Positions 1 to 10,019 of a stretch of DNA of 64,000 nt are shown here, piece after piece. The number at the start of each line of letters is the position of its first letter. Positions within the stretch are counted from its first letter, which is position 1. The notes below the pieces were generated by a model. The model saw only the letters and a list, made by a program, of their open reading frames with translations. It had not been told where the DNA came from and searched no databases. Origin of the DNA: an uncultured Alphaproteobacteria bacterium (lineage in GTDB: Bacteria; Pseudomonadota; Alphaproteobacteria; HIMB59; GCA-002718135); assembly GCA_902571865.1 (NCBI GenBank), contig CACGDO010000005.1, forward strand, positions 1,486 to 65,485. Direction: 5' to 3'. The translations under genes and the position numbers were made by a program.

Positions 1-2
1 CA

Positions 3-1475
3 CTTTCTGAAATTTATGAAGTTGCAACTTTTTATGCTCACTTTAATATTGTCAAAGATAGTAAAGATTATAACCCAGTGAATGTTGTAAGGGTTTGTGA
101 AAGTCTAACTTGTGAATTATTCGGCGCACACAAATTACTTCACGATATAAAAAAATTAGAAAGTAAAAATATAAAAGTCGTACCTGGGCCATGCATGGGA
201 AGATGCAATGTTGCTCCTACTGTCTGCGTAGGAAAAAATTATGTAGATGTGGCTAATTTTGATAAAGTTAAAAAAATAATCGATGAAAAAACATTTGAAC
301 CCTTCATTCCAGATTATATAAATTTATCTTCTTATAAAAAAAATGGCGGTTATGAAATAGCGAACAAAATAAAAAATAGTGTGATATCAAAAAAACAAGT
401 TTTGGATTCATTAAATGAAAGTGGATTAAAAGGTAAGGGTGGTGCCGGATTTCCTACAGGAAAAAAATGGGAAATTGTTTCAAATTATAATGGTAAAAAA
501 TATGTTGCTGTTAATGGTGATGAAGGTGAACCAGGTACATTTAAAGATAGGTCATATTTAGAAAGTGATCCACATAGATTTTTAGAAGGAGCTTTAATTG
601 CTTCCTATTTTATAAATGCTCAAAAAGTTTACATTTATATGAGAGATGAATATCCAGCAGTTATAAAAATTTTACTTGATGAAATAAATAAAATGGAAAA
701 TGAAGAAATAATTCCAAAAGACTTTTTTATAGTAAGAAGAGGGGCAGGAGCCTATATTTGTGGAGAAGAGTCAGCAATGATAGAAAGTATTGAAGGCAAA
801 AGAGGACTGCCAAGGCATAGACCACCTTATGTGGCTGAAATTGGTTTATTTGGATGTCCTACTTTAACAAATAATTTAGAAACTCTTTTTTGGGTAAGAG
901 ATATAATTGAAAAAGGAGCAAAGTGGTTTGCTGAAAAGGGGTCCAATGGAAATAAAGGTTTTCATAGTTTCTCAGTATCTGGAAGAGTAAAGAACCCAGG
1001 AGTAAAAGTTGCCCCAGCCGGTATAACAATTCAACAATTAATTGATGAGTATTGTGATGGTATGGCAGATGGACATACTTTTAAAGGATATCTTCCGGGA
1101 GGTGCATCTGGAGGTATCCTACCCGCTGCTATGAATGATATTCCACTTGATTATGGATCGAAAGAATTAATGGATGCTGGATGTTTTTTAGGTTCGGCAG
1201 CAGTAATTGTATTATCGGATCATGATAATATGAAAGATGTTGCGCTTAATTTACTAAAATTTTTTGAAGAGGAAAGTTGTGGTCAATGTACACCATGCCG
1301 TTCCGGTACCGAGAAAACTGTAAAATTAATGCAAGAAAAAAATTGGAATAAGGAAAAATTAAAAGATTTAAGTGAAGTTATGGCTCAAGCATCGATATGT
1401 GGTTTAGGACAAGCTGCAACAAACCCATTAAATTCTGTTTTAAAATATTTTAGCAATGAAATAACTTATGACTAA
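3..1475 (+). CDS. NAD-dependent formate dehydrogenase beta subunit (NuoE-like 2Fe-2S domain fused to NuoF-like FMN/4Fe-4S domain), 5'-truncated by window edge
   Basis: Frame is open from base 3 (LSEIYEVATFYAHF..VRVCESLTC..CMGRC, NuoE-like), so the track start at 78 is not the true start. NuoF motifs GKGGAGFPTG, NGDEGEPGTFKDR, GAGAYICGEES, CGQCTPC..CGLG. Overlaps the FDH alpha start. Confidence 0.9.
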   Translation, partial: LSEIYEVATFYAHFNIVKDSKDYNPVNVVRVCESLTCELFGAHKLLHDIKKLESKNIKVVPGPCMGRCNVAPTVCVGKNYVDVANFDKVKKIIDEKTFEPFIPDYINLSSYKKNGGYEIANKIKNSVISKKQVLDSLNESGLKGKGGAGFPTGKKWEIVSNYNGKKYVAVNGDEGEPGTFKDRSYLESDPHRFLEGALIASYFINAQKVYIYMRDEYPAVIKILLDEINKMENEEIIPKDFFIVRRGAGAYICGEESAMIESIEGKRGLPRHRPPYVAEIGLFGCPTLTNNLETLFWVRDIIEKGAKWFAEKGSNGNKGFHSFSVSGRVKNPGVKVAPAGITIQQLIDEYCDGMADGHTFKGYLPGGASGGILPAAMNDIPLDYGSKELMDAGCFLGSAAVIVLSDHDNMKDVALNLLKFFEEESCGQCTPCRSGTEKTVKLMQEKNWNKEKLKDLSEVMAQASICGLGQAATNPLNSVLKYFSNEITYD

Positions 1476-4221
1476 AAAGAAAACAAAATTTTATTTAAAC
1501 AATAAGTTAGTTGAAGCAAATGCTGATGAAACTATTTGGCAAGTTGCAAATAGACTTGGAATAGAAATTCCACATTTATGTTATTCCGATAAACCTGGAT
1601 ACAGAGCAGATGGAAATTGTAGAGCATGTATGGTTGAGATTGAAGGAGAGCGTGTGTTGGCAGCATCTTGTATTAGAAAGCCAACTGATAGTATAAAAGT
1701 AAAAACTTCTTCAGATAAGGCTAAAAAATCTAGAGAGTTAGTTTTTGAATTACTTCTAGCAGACCAGCCAAAAAAAGAAATTGCTCATGATAATAATTCT
1801 GACTTTTGGAAATGGATAGACAAAGTTGAAGTTAAAGAAAGTAGATTTCCAAAAAAAACTTCATGTCAGGCAGATGTTTCTCATCCTAGTATGGCTGTAA
1901 ATCTAGATGCATGCATCCAATGCAATCTTTGTGTAAGAGCATGTAGAGAAGTTCAGGTCAACGATGTGATTGGAATGGCATATCGAGGAGAAAATTCTAA
2001 AATTGTATTCGATTTTGATGATCCAATGGGTGATAGCACATGTGTGGCATGTGGTGAATGTGTACAGGCTTGCCCAACTGGAGCATTAATGCCAGCATCC
2101 ATTGTAGATAAAGATGGTGTTGGTCATAGTAAGGTAGATAAAAAAATTGATAGCGTTTGTCCTTATTGTGGTGTGGGTTGTCAGATAGAATACAATATAA
2201 AAGATAACAAAATTAAATATGTTAATGGTGTTGATGGTCCCGCAAATAAGAATAGATTATGCGTAAAAGGAAGGTTTGGTTTTGATTATGTAAATAATCC
2301 AGAAAGACTTACAAAGCCATTGATTAGAATTAAAGATAGACAAAAAGACTTACACCCAAGTATTAATTTTTCGAATATTCATGAATATTTTAAAGAAGCA
2401 TCTTGGGATGAAGCTCTAGATTATGCTGCACAAGGATTTTTAAAACTTAATAAACAAAGAAATGGTAAGAGTAATCTTGCAGGTTTTGGATCAGCCAAAT
2501 GTTCAAATGAAGAAGCTTATTTATTTCAAAAATTAATACGAACTGGTTTTAATACAAATAATGTTGATCATTGTACAAGACTTTGTCATGCGTCTTCTGT
2601 AGCTGCTTTATTGGAAACTATTGGTTCAGGAGCTGTCACTGCTCCATTCTATGAAGTTGAACATTCTGATGTGATAATAGTCATTGGAGCAAATCCAACT
2701 GAAAACCATCCTGTTGCAGCAACTTTTTTTAAAAATGCCGCAAAAAAAGGTTCCAAATTAATTGTGATGGATCCTAGAGGTCATTCCTTAAAAAAACATG
2801 CAACTCATATGTTGCAATTTAAACCAGGATCTGATGTCGCTCTCTTAAACTCAATAATGAATGTCATTGTAGAAGAAAATTTATTTAATTCCGAATATAT
2901 TAAAAAACAAACTGAAGGATTTGAAAAATTAAGAAAACATTTAATGAATTACTCACCTGATATAATGGAAAAAGAAACAGGTATTGATCCAGAACTTATA
3001 AGAGAAGTAGCTCGTTTGTATGCAAGTACAAATAAAGGAATAATTTTCTGGGGGATGGGTATTTCTCAACATACACATGGTACCGACAATGCTAGATGTT
3101 TAATTTCTCTAGCTTTAATGACAGGAAATGTTGGAAAAAGAGGATCTGGTCTGCATCCTTTAAGAGGACAGAATAATGTTCAAGGCGCATCTGATGCTGG
3201 TCTTATACCAATGATGTACCCCGATTACCAATTAGTTGATGAAGATAATAATAAAGATTTTTTTGAAAAACTTTGGAACACTCCTTTAGATGATAAAAAA
3301 GGTCTAACTGTTGTAGAAATTATGGATGCTATTCATGAGAATACAATTAAAGGTATGTATATACTTGGTGAAAATCCAGCAATGTCCGACCCTGATCTAA
3401 ATCATGCAAGAGAAGCTCTACAAATGTTAGAGCATTTAGTTGTTCAAGATATTTTTTTAACTGAAACAGCAACATATGCTGATGTTATTTTCCCCGCTTC
3501 AGCATGGCCTGAAAAAAATGGAACAGTTACTAATACTAATAGACAAGTACAGATGGGAAGAAAAGCTTTAGACTCCCCAGGTCAAGCAAAAGAAGATTGG
3601 TGGATAACAAACGAACTTGGAAAAAGAATGGGTTTAAATTGGAAATATAAACATCCAAAAGAAATTTATGAAGAAATGTCACTTACAATGCCTTCATTAA
3701 ATAATATATCTTGGGAAAGATTAGAAAATGAAAACTCTGTAACTTATCCAAGTAAGTCTCCAACTACACCAGGAGATGAAATTGTTTTTGGTGATAAATT
3801 TCCAAACGAAAATGGTAAAGGTAAGTTTGTTCCAGCTAGTGTTACTGCTCCAGATGAAATACCTGATAAAGAATTTGCAATGATACTCACTACAGGAAGG
3901 CAATTAGAACATTGGCATACTGGAGCTATGACTAGAAAGGCATCAAATTTAGATGCAATTGAGCCGGAACCTTCAGTTTCAATATCACCTAAAGATATAA
4001 TTAAAAATAATATGAAAGCTGGTGATAAAATAAAAGTCACAACTAGAAGAGGCTCAATAGATATCAGAGTAAGGCAAGACAGGGCGATTCCTGATGGAGT
4101 TATTTTTATCCCTTTTTGTTATAATGAGTCTGCCGCTAATCTTTTAACTAATCCAGCTTTAGATCCATATGGAAAAATTCCTGAATTTAAATATTGTGCA
4201 GCAAAAATTGAGAAGTTATAA
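1468..4221 (+). CDS. fdhA: Formate dehydrogenase alpha subunit (Mo/W-bisPGD, Cys ligand)
   Basis: N-terminal 2Fe-2S (HLC..GNCRAC..C), two 4Fe-4S motifs (CIQCNLCVRAC, CVACGECVQAC), CPYCGVGC..C, active-site RLCHAS, LRGQNNVQG, C-terminal molybdopterin-binding domain. Confidence 0.93.
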   Translation: MTKKKTKFYLNNKLVEANADETIWQVANRLGIEIPHLCYSDKPGYRADGNCRACMVEIEGERVLAASCIRKPTDSIKVKTSSDKAKKSRELVFELLLADQPKKEIAHDNNSDFWKWIDKVEVKESRFPKKTSCQADVSHPSMAVNLDACIQCNLCVRACREVQVNDVIGMAYRGENSKIVFDFDDPMGDSTCVACGECVQACPTGALMPASIVDKDGVGHSKVDKKIDSVCPYCGVGCQIEYNIKDNKIKYVNGVDGPANKNRLCVKGRFGFDYVNNPERLTKPLIRIKDRQKDLHPSINFSNIHEYFKEASWDEALDYAAQGFLKLNKQRNGKSNLAGFGSAKCSNEEAYLFQKLIRTGFNTNNVDHCTRLCHASSVAALLETIGSGAVTAPFYEVEHSDVIIVIGANPTENHPVAATFFKNAAKKGSKLIVMDPRGHSLKKHATHMLQFKPGSDVALLNSIMNVIVEENLFNSEYIKKQTEGFEKLRKHLMNYSPDIMEKETGIDPELIREVARLYASTNKGIIFWGMGISQHTHGTDNARCLISLALMTGNVGKRGSGLHPLRGQNNVQGASDAGLIPMMYPDYQLVDEDNNKDFFEKLWNTPLDDKKGLTVVEIMDAIHENTIKGMYILGENPAMSDPDLNHAREALQMLEHLVVQDIFLTETATYADVIFPASAWPEKNGTVTNTNRQVQMGRKALDSPGQAKEDWWITNELGKRMGLNWKYKHPKEIYEEMSLTMPSLNNISWERLENENSVTYPSKSPTTPGDEIVFGDKFPNENGKGKFVPASVTAPDEIPDKEFAMILTTGRQLEHWHTGAMTRKASNLDAIEPEPSVSISPKDIIKNNMKAGDKIKVTTRRGSIDIRVRQDRAIPDGVIFIPFCYNESAANLLTNPALDPYGKIPEFKYCAAKIEKL

Positions 4222-4228
4222 ATATTTT

Positions 4229-4351
4229 ATGATTAAAAAAATATTAATAATTTTATTTGTTGTATTTAGTCCAATCACAGCATGCTCTACATTGAGTGAA
4301 TTAAATGAAAGAGTAAAGGGTGATGGGGTTCCTTATATTCCTGGAATTTAA
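4229..4351 (+). CDS. Putative small lipoprotein, 40 aa (MIKKILIILFVVFSPITAC-STLSELNERVKGDGVPYIPGI)
   Basis: ATG 7 nt after the fdhA stop, basic N-terminus, hydrophobic stretch and lipobox I-T-A-C. No clear SD. Confidence 0.55.
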   Translation: MIKKILIILFVVFSPITACSTLSELNERVKGDGVPYIPGI

Positions 4352-4402
4352 TTTATAAAATTCTTGTCGATTTTATAATTTAATATAAATGCAAAGATTG
4401 AT

Positions 4403-4478
<76 letters not shown>

Positions 4479-4490
4479 CCTTTATAATAT

Positions 4491-5252
4491 TTAAGTTGAG
4501 TAGAACTGATATAAAGCAATCGATGTTGCATTAGAAACATTCAAACTATCAATTTCAAATTTTAAATTATTTTTCATTTTTATCTGAATTATTTCATCAC
4601 ATTCCTTTTTTACTAATTCTCTAATACCTTTACCTTCAGAGCCAAAAACTAATACTGATTTTTGTGAAAAATTTAATTTTGAATTTTTATTTTGCGAACT
4701 ATCAAATCCATAAATCCAATAATTATTTTTTTTAAGAAAAGAAATAGCTCTTCTAATATTTGTCACTCTAATATAATTTACAATTTCTGCAGCACCGGAA
4801 GCTGATTTATAAAGTGATGAAGTCAGTTCTGGTGAATTATCTTTGCCAACTATAATTCCTGCACAACCAAATAATGCACATGATCTCATTATTGAGCCAA
4901 TATTTTGAGGGTCAGTTACTTGATCTAAAATTAATATTACTGATTTTGATTTTTGACTTTCTACTTTTACAAATTCTTCTAAACCTGGCCAAGTAAGATC
5001 TTTTGTTTTTAGAACTAATCCCTGCGTTGTGTTTTCATTTCCAAATCTTCTTGTGAATTCATTTTGAGGAAGAATTGTAATTTTTTGTATATTAGATTCA
5101 TATTTTTTGGCAAAATTTGTCTGATTTTTACTAATTATAAGCTCAATATTCTCTCTTTTATCATTTTGAAGGGCTGCCTTAACAGAATGTTGACCAAAAA
5201 TTGTATGAATTCCTTGGTTTTTATTAGGTTTATTATTTCTAAACTTACTCAT
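4491..5252 (-). CDS. rlmB: 23S rRNA Gm2251 2'-O-methyltransferase (SpoU/TrmH family)
   Basis: IFGQHSV, LDQVTDPQNIGSIMR, VFGSEGKGIR and SLNVSNA SPOUT motifs. Confidence 0.88.
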   Translation of the reverse strand: MSKFRNNKPNKNQGIHTIFGQHSVKAALQNDKRENIELIISKNQTNFAKKYESNIQKITILPQNEFTRRFGNENTTQGLVLKTKDLTWPGLEEFVKVESQKSKSVILILDQVTDPQNIGSIMRSCALFGCAGIIVGKDNSPELTSSLYKSASGAAEIVNYIRVTNIRRAISFLKKNNYWIYGFDSSQNKNSKLNFSQKSVLVFGSEGKGIRELVKKECDEIIQIKMKNNLKFEIDSLNVSNATSIALYQFYST

Positions 5253-5377
5253 GATTTAATATCACAGATTTGTCTAATTAATACAATCTAGATATGTACA
5301 AAAAGGCATTTTTTGTCTAAAAGGCCGTTGCTTTTACGAGTATACGTATTTTGCAAAGGTGAAGCTGCTGTTTTAGA

Positions 5378-5407
5378 TTGACATATATACTAATTTATTA
5401 GTATTGG
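5378..5407 (+). promoter_or_regulatory. Probable sigma70 promoter for tRNA-Tyr/tRNA-Gly/tuf
   Basis: Perfect TTGACA at 5378-5383. The -10 is ambiguous (TATTGG at 18 nt or TAGTAT at 15 nt), ending about 15-18 nt before tRNA-Tyr. Confidence 0.45.
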
Positions 5408-5422
5408 CCAATTTCTTCAAAC

Positions 5423-5508
5423 GGAGGGGTGGTCGAGTGGTTAAAGGCAGCGGACTGTAAATCCGCCCGCGTGAGCGTACGTAGGTTCGAATCCTACCCC
5501 CTCCACCA
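5423..5508 (+). tRNA. tRNA-Tyr(GTA)
   Basis: Acceptor GGAGGGG/CCCCTCC, anticodon arm GCGGA-CTGTAAA-TCCGC, long variable arm, CCA end. Confidence 0.97.
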
Positions 5509-5566
5509 TTATGGAGGTAATGGAATAAAAGCATTAAAGTGAGTGTGTGAAGCAGTCAGTTTAGTT

Positions 5567-5640
5567 GCGGGTGTAGCTTAGTGGTAAAGCTCCAGCCTTC
5601 CAAGCTGGCTACGAGGGTTCGATTCCCTTCACCCGCTCCA
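5567..5640 (+). tRNA. tRNA-Gly(TCC)
   Basis: GCGGGTG/CACCCGC acceptor, CCAGC-CTTCCAA-GCTGG anticodon arm, CCA end. Confidence 0.97.
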
Positions 5641-5666
5641 TAACAAAATATTATTGGGGTAAAAAA

Positions 5667-6857
5667 ATGGCTAAAGCAAAATTCGAAAGAAACAAACCGC
5701 ATTGTAACATAGGTACTGTTGGTCACGTTGACCATGGTAAAACAACATTAACTGCTGCTATAACAAAAATATTAGCAGAGTCAGGTGGAGCAGAATTTAC
5801 AGATTACGCAAACATTGACAAAGCACCTGAAGAAAGAGAACGTGGTATTACAATATCTACTGCACACGTAGAATACGAAACTGAAGCAAGGCATTATGCT
5901 CACGTAGATTGTCCTGGACACGCAGATTATGTTAAGAACATGATTACTGGTGCAGCTCAAATGGATGGTGGTATCTTAGTTGTTAATGCAGCTGACGGAC
6001 CAATGCCTCAAACAAGAGAACACATACTTTTAGCTAGACAGGTAGGTGTACCTGCACTTGTCGTATACATGAATAAAGTCGATCAAGTTGATGACAAAGA
6101 ACTAATTGATCTAGTTGAAATGGAAATTAGAGAACTTCTTACTTCATATGAATTCCCAGGTGATACTATCCCAATCATTAAGGGTTCAGCTTTAGCAGCT
6201 CTTGAAGGTAGAGATGATGAAATTGGAAAAAATTCAATTATGGAATTAATGAAAGCAGTTGATGAACATATACCACAACCTAGCCGACCTGTAGATCAGC
6301 CTTTCTTAATGCCAGTTGAGGATGTATTTTCGATTTCTGGTAGAGGTACAGTTGTAACTGGAAGAATTGAACAAGGTCAAGTTAAAGTTGGAGAGGAAAT
6401 CGAAATTTTAGGAATAAGAGATCCTCAAAAAACTACTTGTACTGGTGTAGAGATGTTTAGAAAACTTCTAGACTCTGGTGAGGCCGGAGACAACGTTGGT
6501 GTTCTTCTTCGTGGAACGAAAAGAGAAGAAGTTGAACGCGGTCAAGTATTAGCAAAACCTGGTTCAATAAAACCACATACAAAATTTAAAGCAGAAGCAT
6601 ATGTATTAAAAAAAGAAGAGGGTGGAAGACATACCCCATTCTTTTCAAACTACAGACCTCAATTCTACTTTAGAACAACTGATGTAACTGGAACAATTAA
6701 ATTACCAGAAGGTACCGAAATGGTAATGCCTGGTGATAATATTGCTATGGAAGTTACTCTTTTGTCTCCAATTGCAATGGATAAAGGTTTAAAATTTGCA
6801 ATTAGAGAAGGTGGAAGAACAGTTGGCGCTGGAGTCGTTGCTGAAATTATTGAATAG
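5667..6857 (+). CDS. tuf: Elongation factor Tu
   Basis: [18 protein letters not shown] motifs; canonical Tyr-Gly-tuf-Trp-secE context. Confidence 0.99.
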   Translation: MAKAKFERNKPHCNIGTVGHVDHGKTTLTAAITKILAESGGAEFTDYANIDKAPEERERGITISTAHVEYETEARHYAHVDCPGHADYVKNMITGAAQMDGGILVVNAADGPMPQTREHILLARQVGVPALVVYMNKVDQVDDKELIDLVEMEIRELLTSYEFPGDTIPIIKGSALAALEGRDDEIGKNSIMELMKAVDEHIPQPSRPVDQPFLMPVEDVFSISGRGTVVTGRIEQGQVKVGEEIEILGIRDPQKTTCTGVEMFRKLLDSGEAGDNVGVLLRGTKREEVERGQVLAKPGSIKPHTKFKAEAYVLKKEEGGRHTPFFSNYRPQFYFRTTDVTGTIKLPEGTEMVMPGDNIAMEVTLLSPIAMDKGLKFAIREGGRTVGAGVVAEIIE

Positions 6858-6894
6858 TTTTAGAGACCGCTCTATCAGTTAGCCAATACTTATT

Positions 6895-6970
6895 AGGAGT
6901 GTAGCTCAACTGGTAGAGCACCGGTCTCCAAAACCGGGGGCTGCGGGTTCAAGTCCTGCCACTCCTGCCA
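6895..6970 (+). tRNA. tRNA-Trp(CCA)
   Basis: AGGAGTG/CACTCCT acceptor, CCGGT-CTCCAAA-ACCGG anticodon arm, CCA end, precedes secE. Confidence 0.97.
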
Positions 6971-6984
6971 AAAAAAATAAAAAT

Positions 6985-7200
6985 ATGAATATTGAAAAAA
7001 AGAAAACATCACCGGCTCTTTTTGTAAGACAAGTAAGGCAAGAATTACAGAAGGTTACTTGGCCACAAAGAAGAGATACTTTTTTATCATCTGCAATTGT
7101 CATATTATTAATAATATTATTTTCATTATTTTTTTTACTAACAGATCAGATTTGGTCTTTTTCAATAAGAAAGATAATTGAGATTGGGTCTGGTTTCTAA
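6985..7200 (+). CDS. secE: Preprotein translocase subunit SecE
   Basis: FVRQVRQELQKVTWP motif followed by a single TM helix; synteny. Confidence 0.95.
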   Translation: MNIEKKKTSPALFVRQVRQELQKVTWPQRRDTFLSSAIVILLIILFSLFFLLTDQIWSFSIRKIIEIGSGF

Positions 7201-7733
7201 TGAATAAAGCAAGATGGTACGTTCTTCATGCCTATTCTGGATATGAAAAAAAAGTTGCTGACAGTATTTTAGATCAAGCAACAAAACTAGGTGTTAAAGA
7301 ACACATCGAAGAAATATCGGTTCCAGTTCAAAATATTGTTGAAGTAAAAAGAGGTGTAAGAGTCAATACTGAAAGGAAAATTTATCCTGGCTACATTCTT
7401 ATTAAAATGAATTTAAATGATGACACTTGGCATATAATTAAAACTACTCCAAAGTTAAGTGGTTTTCTAGGTAACAAAGGAAATCCAATTCCAATTAGTA
7501 ATGCTGAAGCAAAAAGAATATCTGAACAAGTTATTGATGGTGTAGAAAAATCCAGACCTGCAATAATGTATGATGTTGGTGAACAGGTTAAGGTTATTGA
7601 TGGACCATTTGCATCATTTAATGGTGAAGTTGAGCAAATAGATGAAGATAAAGCTAGACTCAGAGTAGCTGTTTCAATATTTGGTAGATCAACACCCGTT
7701 GATTTAGAATATTCTCAGGTAGAAAAGGTATAA
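7200..7733 (+). CDS. nusG: Transcription termination/antitermination factor NusG
   Basis: WYVLHAYSGYEKKV, YPGYIL, KOW domain GPFASF, SIFGRSTPV. Confidence 0.98.
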   Translation: MNKARWYVLHAYSGYEKKVADSILDQATKLGVKEHIEEISVPVQNIVEVKRGVRVNTERKIYPGYILIKMNLNDDTWHIIKTTPKLSGFLGNKGNPIPISNAEAKRISEQVIDGVEKSRPAIMYDVGEQVKVIDGPFASFNGEVEQIDEDKARLRVAVSIFGRSTPVDLEYSQVEKV

Positions 7734-7736
7734 AAT

Positions 7737-8165
7737 ATGGCTAAAGAAATTTTAGGATTAATTAAATTACAAATTCCTGCTGGAGGAGCAAATCCTTCCC
7801 CACCCGTTGGTCCAGCACTTGGACAAAGAGGTCTTAATATCATGGATTTTTGTAAAGCTTTTAATGATAAGACAAAAGATTTAGAAAAAGGAGCGCCAAT
7901 ACCAGTTATTATAACTGCATATAAAGATAGAAGTTTTGATTTCACTACAAAATTACCACCAGTAAGCTACTATTTAAAAAAAGCTGCCAAAATAAAAAAA
8001 GGAAACTCAACTCCTGGTAGATCACTTGTTGGTAAAGTATCAATTCAAGATATTGAAAAAATTGCAAAAGAAAAAATGCAAGATTTAAATGCAATTGATT
8101 TAAATGGAGCAGTTAATATGGTTAAAGGATCTGCTGTTTCAATGGGTATGGAGGTTGTAAGTTAA
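7737..8165 (+). CDS. rplK: 50S ribosomal protein L11
   Basis: [17 protein letters not shown] motif; synteny. Confidence 0.98.
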   Translation: MAKEILGLIKLQIPAGGANPSPPVGPALGQRGLNIMDFCKAFNDKTKDLEKGAPIPVIITAYKDRSFDFTTKLPPVSYYLKKAAKIKKGNSTPGRSLVGKVSIQDIEKIAKEKMQDLNAIDLNGAVNMVKGSAVSMGMEVVS

Positions 8166-8854
8166 TGAAAACTTCAAAAAATAGAAAAAAAATGCTTGAT
8201 AATTTTGATTTTTTAAAAGTGTATGAACCACTCGAAGCGATAAAAATATTAAAAGAAAAATCATATGTAAAATTTAATGAAACAATTGATATTTCAATTA
8301 ACTTAGGAATTGATAGTAATAAAACAGATCAAAATATTAAGGGTGTTGTTAATCTTCCTAAGGGATCAGGTAAAGCGGTTAAAGTTGCTGTAGTTGCTAA
8401 CGAAGATAAACAAAATGATGCCAAAACCAACGGAGCTGATATAGTAGGTAATGATGATTTAATAGAAAAAATTTCTAAATCGAAAATAGATTTTGACATT
8501 CTTATTGCAACCCCAGATATGATGCCAAAACTTGGAAAAGTTGCAAAAATACTAGGCCCAAAAGGTTTAATGCCAAATCCAAAACTTGGAACAGTTACAA
8601 ACGAAATTTCTAAATCAGTAAAAGATGCCAAATCAGGTCAGGTTAAGTTTAAAAATGATAAATCTGGTATCGTTCATGCTGGTGTAGGTAAAATAGATTT
8701 TAGTGAAGAAGACTTGTTGGAAAATATTAAAACATTTTTTTCTTCAGTAGTTAAAAGTAAACCTGATGCTGTTAAGGGTTCTTTTATAAAAAAAGTTACC
8801 ATAGCTTCAACTATGGGAATTGGATTAAATATTAATCAAGCTAGCTTGCGTTAA
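8165..8854 (+). CDS. rplA: 50S ribosomal protein L1
   Basis: LGPKGLMPNPKLGT, STMG motifs. Confidence 0.98.
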   Translation: MKTSKNRKKMLDNFDFLKVYEPLEAIKILKEKSYVKFNETIDISINLGIDSNKTDQNIKGVVNLPKGSGKAVKVAVVANEDKQNDAKTNGADIVGNDDLIEKISKSKIDFDILIATPDMMPKLGKVAKILGPKGLMPNPKLGTVTNEISKSVKDAKSGQVKFKNDKSGIVHAGVGKIDFSEEDLLENIKTFFSSVVKSKPDAVKGSFIKKVTIASTMGIGLNINQASLR

Positions 8855-8883
8855 TTAATCCAATAGATGATCTTTGATCATCA

Positions 8884-8961
8884 CCTGTCAAAGACTGCAG
8901 GAGCTTTGTGCTTAATACCCTGCATAGACTGAAGCGAGTTATTAATTTGCTTCTTGACAGG
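8884..8961 (+). ncRNA. L10 leader cis-regulatory RNA
   Basis: Closing stem CCTGTCAA(8884-91)/TTGACAGG(8954-61) around AAGACTGCAGG..CTTAAT..CCTGCATAGAC, matching the L10-leader kink-turn consensus; directly upstream of rplJ. Confidence 0.8.
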
Positions 8962-8965
8962 CTTA

Positions 8966-8993
8966 AAGTTAGTTTGGTGGGCAAACTAATTTT
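8966..8993 (+). terminator. Terminator-like hairpin in the rplJ leader (possible attenuator)
   Basis: AAGTTAGTTTG-gtggg-CAAACTAATTT, 11-bp stem (one G-U) ending in a short T run. Confidence 0.45.
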
Positions 8994-9037
8994 AGCTAAC
9001 ATTAGATCTTAATGATCTAGTAGAAACCGAGGTTGAC

Positions 9038-9559
9038 GTGAAACGTTCTGAAAAAAAAGATTTTGTAACTAATCTTAAAGAAGATTTTTCTAATTCCACT
9101 TCAGTAATTGTAGCAGAGTATTCTGGTCTTACAGTTAATGAAACTGAGCAACTTAGAAAAGAAATGAGAGATAATGGTGCGAAATTTAAAGTAACTAAGA
9201 ACAGACTCACAAAACTTGCTATCTCTGAGACTCAATTTAAAGAAATATCTGATCTTTTTAAAGGTCCTACAGCAATTGCATATTCTGAAGATGCTGTTGC
9301 ACCAGCAAAAGTAGCAGTAAATTTTGAAAAGAAATTTGAAAAATTTAAGATTCTTGGAGGAGGTTATAATGGAGAGAAAATTGATAGAGATAAAATTGAT
9401 TTTCTTGCAAAATTACCTTCTTTAGATGAGTTAAGAGGAAAAATATTAGGACTAATATCTGCACCTGCTCAAAAAATAGCATCGATAACTATCGAGCCTG
9501 GAGCTCAAATTGCAAGATTAATTAATTCTCATAGTAGCAATAAACAAGAGTCGAACTAG
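9038..9559 (+). CDS. rplJ: 50S ribosomal protein L10
   Basis: GTG start after GAGG; YSGLTV, KVTKNRL, FKGPTAIA, LAKLPS. Confidence 0.97.
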   Translation: MKRSEKKDFVTNLKEDFSNSTSVIVAEYSGLTVNETEQLRKEMRDNGAKFKVTKNRLTKLAISETQFKEISDLFKGPTAIAYSEDAVAPAKVAVNFEKKFEKFKILGGGYNGEKIDRDKIDFLAKLPSLDELRGKILGLISAPAQKIASITIEPGAQIARLINSHSSNKQESN

Positions 9560-9577
9560 GTAAATAAGGAGTAATAA

Positions 9578-9955
9578 ATGGCTGATTTAAATAAAATAGT
9601 AGAAGATCTTTCTTCACTAACCGTTCTTGAAGCGGCTGAATTAAGTAAATTATTAGAAGAAAAATGGGGTGTTTCTGCCTCTGCACCTGTAGCAGTAGCT
9701 GCAGCTCCAGCTGCTGGTGGAGGAGAAACTGCAGCAGAGGAGAAAACAGAATTTGATGTTGAGTTATCTGAATCCGGTTCTAACAAAATCGCAGTAATCA
9801 AAGAAGTTAGAACAATTACAGGACTTGGACTAAAAGAAGCTAAAGATCTTGTAGAAGGAGCACCAAAACCGCTTAAACAAGGGGTTAAAAAAGAAGAAGC
9901 TGAAGAAATGAAAAAAACATTAGAAGCAGCAGGCGCTAAAGTAACATTAAAATAA
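9578..9955 (+). CDS. rplL: 50S ribosomal protein L7/L12
   Basis: [25 protein letters not shown]. Confidence 0.98.
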   Translation: MADLNKIVEDLSSLTVLEAAELSKLLEEKWGVSASAPVAVAAAPAAGGGETAAEEKTEFDVELSESGSNKIAVIKEVRTITGLGLKEAKDLVEGAPKPLKQGVKKEEAEEMKKTLEAAGAKVTLK

Positions 9956-9962
9956 ATAAAAT

Positions 9963-9995
9963 AAAATTGTGGGCCTTAAATAGGCCTACAATTTT
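9963..9995 (+). terminator. Intrinsic terminator/attenuator hairpin between rplL and rpoB
   Basis: AAAATTGTGGGCCT-taaat-AGGCCTACAATTTT, 14-bp stem with one G-U. Confidence 0.7.
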
Positions 9996-10019
9996 GAACT
10001 TGTAAATGAAGGAGTAAAA

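Noticed and set aside
2560-2610. Selenocysteine in FDH alpha
   Set aside because: The active site reads RLCHAS with a TGT Cys codon, and the ORF has no in-frame TGA.
5511-5528. Mini-ORF MEVME right after tRNA-Tyr containing GGAGG
   Set aside because: The SD-like sequence is only 1-2 nt from the second ATG and lies inside the first ORF; most likely chance in a tRNA spacer.
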